Below, piece after piece: positions 47,184 to 64,000 of a stretch of 64,000 nucleotides of DNA (the first letter of the stretch is position 1; every line of letters begins with the position of its first letter). This DNA is from Amoebidium appalachense (taxonomy: Eukaryota > Protista > Ichthyosporea): the NCBI GenBank assembly GCA_963693365.1, contig CAVNZM010000012.1, positions 1,054,001 through 1,118,000 on the forward strand. Reading direction: 5' to 3'. A program made the position numbers and the translations under genes. The notes beneath the pieces are model-generated. The model saw only the letters and a list, made by a program, of their open reading frames with translations, was not told where the DNA came from and ran no database searches.

Positions 47184-48586
47184 GGGCCTGTTTGGTAGCG
47201 CGCTAAATACGGTTTTTTATCGTATTCGTATTTAGGGCCTAAATACGTTTCTTGGGGGGTTTACACACTTTTTATTGCGTGGACATTGCCAGAGGCCCAG
47301 CCACATTCGACGGCCTACTGCGTTTTCCAGCACAGCCAATCAAATGCAGCCAGTCACATATGTACATGCTAGGCAACAATGAGCGCCATCGTAGTAATTG
47401 ACACCCCTATTACATATTATGGGTAAGCAGATGCTAGCATCGGTAGCTCCGAAAGAAAGTTAAGGCACCGGATCACGTTTTTTATCGTATTCGTATTTAG
47501 GGCCTAAATACGTTTTTTGGGGGTTTACACACTTTTTATTGCGTGGACATTGCCGGAGGCCCAGCCACATTCGACGGCCTACTGCGTTTTCCAGCACAGC
47601 CAATCAAATGCAGCCAGTGACATATGTACATGCTAGGCAACAATGAGCGCCATCGTAGTAATTGACACCCCTATTACATATTATGGGTAAGCAGATGCTA
47701 GCATCGGTAGCTCCGAAAGAAAGTTAAGGCACCGGATCACAATGTATACGATCCCGTGGCATGCCAAACACGCCGCGGGCTTTTATTTTTGTAAATACGA
47801 TAGGGATCGCTTTTATATCGTATTTACGAAAATCACCTCCGGAGGTGATTTTCGTAAATACGATATAGGAAATTATCCAATCAGAGCATTTCGCATCATT
47901 TATTGGCTATCAGCTAGCCAATGGTACAGCGTAAGCCGCGGCGGGCACATTTTTACTAGAGTACGCATGCCGGCGCATGCACGTGAACAATTCAATGTTA
48001 AAAAGAAGGTCGGTGTCATACACGTCATTTTGTGTACATACTCAGTTAAAATTTGCGCATGAATTTGGGCTGCACAGGTAAGACAGAGAACGAGGAACCC
48101 TACACGGTGCATGATAACAAGCTCAGACTGTATATATATGCCATAATAATCATTGAAACAATACTGGACTCCGATATATGCATTAATAAAAACAATCAAA
48201 TGTACAAAGTCGGTGACATGCAGGCACAACGAGTACTGCATAAGGACAAATTTTAACACTCATTATGTGTTCAGATATGTGGGGAATGCAGTTGGTGACG
48301 TAAAACGAGGTTTCTAGCAAGGCTAGCCACCGCAATAACTGGCAGTATCCCTTCAATAACAGCCATTCTAACCTATTGTTAAACAGAGCAAGACTCACTG
48401 TCGGTGACTCGTTTTTGCCGTTCGCTGTAATACTGACTACAGCCCAGTCACGCCTGACAGCGTTTGGAAGGCACCAACCGTATTTAGGCCCTAAATACGC
48501 ATACCACGATAAATCTTGTAAATACGGTAGATCGTATTTAGGGCCTAAATACGAATACGATTATTGGGGTGCTGCCAAACAGGCCC
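47184..48586. mobile_element. Non-autonomous PIF/Harbinger (Tourist-like) element, 1.4 kb
   Basis: TIRs GGGCCTGTTTGG(T/C)AGC; TSD TTA at 47181-47183 and 48587-48589. Subterminal near-palindromes CGTATTTAGGGCCTAAATACG at both ends; no transposase ORF. Confidence 0.9.
47212..47740. repeat. ~265-bp tandem duplication inside the PIF/Harbinger element
   Basis: 47212-47476 and 47477-47740 are nearly identical. Confidence 0.92.
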
Positions 48587-49670
48587 TTATGATCTTATCA
48601 GCCTGATCATATGAAATCTAAATACAAATAGTTAGAATTATTGGAGGCAAGTAAAACTTAAAATATTAGTAGTAAACATCTATAATGAAACAACTAATAA
48701 TGTCTTGTACTTGTAGCAAATTCTGTTTGTTGGTTATTTCTATAATAAAGTGATCATACTACTAATTAGATTAGATGAGAAAAAATGGCACCAAAAACCG
48801 GATTTTGGAAAACCGACTTGGCCACGATTTTGGTAAGCACCTGACAATGCGGCAACTGTCTTTCATGATAGTTGACAGTTTAGTTTTTAAAGTTTGGTTA
48901 AGGTCCAATATTGCTTTTGTTTTATTTTTTCTAGGGTTTGAAGGGAGTGAGTGAAGTTTACCCGCCTCAGAGTCTATAATTACAGCGTAAGCCACCATTG
49001 ATTGGTCCGGCAATCAAATTCCAGTGATAACGTGGCAATGTGGGTTCGCATAGTCAAATTTCCACCTCTGCTGACAATATTGTGCATATTCCAAAGCGTA
49101 CCAAAAAGAGCTAAAAGGTTTTACGTCATTATATACGCTTATACAAATAAAACAACTGTTATAATTTTTTTGACATTGCTCGTATGCTCTTTTGCTAGAA
49201 TATAGCGGGCCCTACTGGACAATATAGCGAACGCCGCAATACCATATATGTATCGATATCAGATGTGACATGTACATACCTAATAGATGTGTTGTAACTA
49301 GTAACTGATATTATAATGACCTAAAAAAAAAAACGGGCGATACCGTACCCCCGGGTATCACATTTGCAAAATATAAAGCCCTCTGCAGAAAATGCCACGC
49401 TGTGCCGCCAAATTTTGAAGCAACACCACGCGGCGGGGGGGGGGGGGGGGGGGGGGGGGGGGAGGCCGGGGGGGGGGGGGGGGGGGGGGGGGCGGGGGGC
49501 CCGGGGGGGGGGGGGGGAGAGGGAGCGAGAGAGCTCGAGAGGGAGGGATTGAGAGAGAGGGAGAGAGAGAGAGATGGGTAGGGAGATGTCCTGCGTCCGT
49601 ATGGCTCTCTCTCTCTCTGTCTCTCTTCCCCCCCCCCCCCCCCCCCCCCCCCAGGCCTCTCTACCTCTCC

Positions 49671-49701
<31 letters not shown>

Positions 49702-49820
49702 TGTGTGTGTTTCTCTCTTTCTTGATCTCTCTCTTTCTCTCTCAGGTTTCCCCCACCCTCCCCCCCGGCCCCCCTCATCCCTCTCTCCGAGGCTCTCTCT
49801 CTTTCTCTCTCTCTCTCCTC

Positions 49821-49856
<36 letters not shown>

Positions 49857-49931
49857 AGGGTGTCTCTCTCTCTCTCATGATTAGTCTCTCTCTCTCGCCG
49901 ACTTTCTCTCTCTCCCCGTGTGTGTGCAACA

Positions 49932-49978
<47 letters not shown>

Positions 49979-50285
49979 TGTGTGTGTGCGTGCGGTGTGC
50001 GTGGACGTGTGTTTGTGCGTGTGCGTGCGCGCACGTGTCTGTGCTCGTGCGTGTGCGCGTACGCGTGTATATGTGTGAGTGCATGCATTATTATTGCATG
50101 CGTACATGCGTGTTTGCGTGCATGCGTGCGTGCGTGCGTGCGTGCGTGTGTGCGTGCGTGCGTGCGTGTGTGTGCATGCGCCCTTTTTACTACACACGCG
50201 CACGCATGTGCGTGCGTGTGTGTGCGCACGCGCACGCGTGTGTGTAGAATGCCACTGTGTGTGTGTTGTGTGTGTGTCTGTGTGT

Positions 50286-50390
<105 letters not shown>

Positions 50391-50714
50391 ACAATGTGTG
50401 TGTTAAAATCGCAATCATTTTAAGGCCCCCCGGCCACAGGGAGCACAAACAGGCAAACTTTCTGACACCGTATCACGGTACATATGATTATAATTGACTG
50501 TCAGAACACACAGCCGGATACTATAGAACGTACACACGTATACCGTGGTCGGGTAGTAAATCCGATTCAACGAGTAGGCTGTGCTGAATGGGCCTGCCCC
50601 CCCCCCCCCCCTCCCCCCCCCCCCCTCCCCTTCCCTCCCCCTGGCCCTTTGTAATGCAGTATAATAGCAGCAACACGTGCGCGTGCATGCACACACACAC
50701 ACACGTGCACACAC

Positions 50715-50753
<39 letters not shown>

Positions 50754-50764
50754 CGCGCACGTAC

Positions 50765-50828
<64 letters not shown>

Positions 50829-50850
50829 TGTCACATACACCTTGAAGTTC

Positions 50851-50883
<33 letters not shown>

Positions 50884-51350
50884 ATCGGCACGCCGACACA
50901 CGTGCACACACCACGCACACACCGTGGCACACATCTACTAATAAAAACTTTACAGTTGGTTCTACTTGGGGGGGGGCACGCCTGTCGAGCCTGTAGATTC
51001 TGGCATACGTAAAATGCTTTTGTATGTTTTTGTGTGTGTATTGGTGTGCGTGTGTGTGTGTGTGTAGTGGGCGCGCGTGTGCCAGTTAGCTACACATTCA
51101 CATGTTCAGTCTGAATATGAAGGCGTCACGGTCACCGTGACGAGAGAGGGTTTGGGCAGCTGCAGCGAAGAAGGAGCGGCCGGGGGGGGGAGGCGGGGGA
51201 GGGGGGAGAAAGCTAGGGGGGAGGGGGGGGATCGGAGTGCGTGGCACGGAGGGGGGCGGAGAGGCCGGGGGAGGGCCTCGGGAGGGAGGGGGGACTCGCC
51301 CGGAAATACTACTAATATGACTGTCTATAGCTATGCTTTCTATATATATA

Positions 51351-51413
<63 letters not shown>

Positions 51414-51955
51414 GATATCAAAATAACAAGACGATATATATATATTCATATATGTATATATATAAATGTATATTTATATGTATTAGAATAATAAGACGGG
51501 TGCAGGAGGTACAAGCGCGCACACGGACTGATCACTATATCGCGGTATTTGATTCCAGCCGGCCGCGCAAGGATCGATTGATGATGACAGCCGGAATCAA
51601 ATCCCGTTGATCTAAACATAGCATATACCGATGAGTGAATGCGCCTCGCGGGCCAGATCCTCGCTGTGGCCCCTCCAGGCTCCAGCTCGGAGCGCTCACT
51701 TTCCCGGCCAGTCATCATGACGGTTCATTATATGTGACATTGCTGACAACGGCAACACTTATGCAAGAGCAATCATTATATGAGGTGTACGCCACACTAA
51801 CAGCCTATTCCAAACAGAGACGGGCCCGGGGGGGAAGGGATTGGTGGAGGGCGGTGGGGGGGTGCGGGCGGGAGGGGAATTCAGACTGAACTTCGGAGAA
51901 CTGGTACTTATTAGGCCTACACTTTGCCTGATCGCCGGATGCCCCGGGGGGGGAA

Positions 51956-51998
<43 letters not shown>

Positions 51999-52160
51999 GG
52001 CACTTTGAGACCGGGAGGCGGTGGGCGGGAGGCGCTATATGAGACCGGGAGGAGTGGGCACGGGGGCGGGGGGGGGGGGGGGGGGGGGGGGGAGGCACTT
52101 CGAGACCGGGAGGCGGTGGGGGGGAGGCGCTATATGAGACCGGGAGGAGCGGGCACGGGG
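51999..52160. repeat. Tandem duplication of a ~65-bp GC-rich unit, separated by poly-G
   Basis: GGCACTT.GAGACCGGGAGGCGGTGGG.GGGAGGCGCTATATGAGACCGGGAGGAG.GGGCACGGGG occurs twice. Confidence 0.8.
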
Positions 52161-53009
52161 GGGGGGGGGGGGGGGGGGGGGGGAGGGGGCGGGGGAGAGG
52201 GGGGGGGGGAGGGGGGGACTGGGCTTCATATCCTCATCAACATGGCGACTATGTTGATTCTAGCCTCTCATGGTTATTAAATTTTATTGCAGGTTTTTTG
52301 CCATAATCACTATGTGGTGATGTGTATTTAGAATTTGGGCGTCTTAAGCCAGGTCCGTGGTTGCCTATTACATATATTTGTAGTAATTAGTAGTAACATG
52401 GTTCATCTTAGGAGCTGCGTAACTAACATACAGATATTTTCTAAATTAACTTAGTATCCTAGTACTATCATTAATTTATCTTCAACCAGTATGCATCGGG
52501 TTCTGGAAGATTATACAATAACCCACCATCTATCAAAATTGCACACTCAATACTTAAATTTCACGGTTTAAATTAAAGTCATGGTAGGATATTGTCTGTA
52601 TCGTCTATGCATATATGCTATAGAGTATAATGTTATTGTGTCTTATTCAAATTACACGGTGCACGTGCATCTGTGTGTGGATACAAAAAAACACTAAGTA
52701 AAACAGGTCTTTAAATTAATGAAACATGGTGCTCTATATTGAACTTAACCATAGGAATACGTGCACCCTCTCTAAATTTGAGCCAATAAACATTTAAATA
52801 TATATATATTCTTAGCGGAACACCACAGAAGGAGGACAACCAGCAACCCGTTCACTCTCAAGTGTCTCGCTCTGTTAAATCTTTAAACTAGTTAAAGGCA
52901 GACACACACGCCAACAACAGAGAGACAACCATGATGATCTTCATTTGCACTCCGAACCAAAAGGATCACACACTTGCCAGATGTGTGTTTGCACGGAGTT
53001 TGTGTGTGT

Positions 53010-53071
<62 letters not shown>

Positions 53072-53073
53072 CT

Positions 53074-63715
<10,642 letters not shown>

Positions 63716-63749
63716 CTGCAAGGGAGAAAAAAAAAAAGAAGGAAAAAAA

Positions 63750-63785
<36 letters not shown>

Positions 63786-64000
63786 TGGTGGGTGAGTGAA
63801 GGGGAAACGGTATGACAGGCGTGGTTGTAGAGGGTGGGGTGGTGGTGGTAGGGGGGGGAGAGGGGAGGGTGGGGAGGGTGGGGGGAAGGAGGGGGGGGGG
63901 GAGAGGGGAGGAGCGGGAGGAGGGGGGGGGAATGGGTTGGGGGGGGGGGGGGGGGTGGGGGGGGGGAGGGGCTTGATTTGGGTTTTGGGGTTTGTAGGGG

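Overview
Eukaryotic genomic DNA, extremely rich in (GT/CA)n, (GA)n and poly-G/C tracts, so most ORFs in the six-frame track are low-complexity artefacts. The gene content suggests a unicellular opisthokont or holozoan, which is an inference. Reconstructing exons by hand gives four intron-rich genes, all on the minus strand: a probably mitochondrial PPR protein (~404-17835), a PTEN orthologue (20322-31482), an LHFPL/claudin-like tetraspan protein (33199-40040) and a WDR13-like WD40 protein (53074->63715). There is also a tRNA-Lys(UUU). Between the last two genes lies a three-layer transposon nest (pogo/Tigger derivative > MITE with 8-bp TSD > intact APE-RT LINE) and a PIF/Harbinger-type non-autonomous element. 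The most unusual signal is a set of short non-coding intronic repeats that all face the same way, sit in poly-C/G tracts and share a 3' end. Two subfamilies (A, B), otherwise only weakly similar, conserve a ~150-nt core that folds by hand into a pseudoknot with compensatory base changes, and truncated copies end at its helices. A separate (CA)n-embedded repeat (E) has its own conserved structured core. PTEN keeps a U12-type intron at the position of human PTEN intron 1. All coordinates and structures were derived by eye; no searches or folding programs were run.
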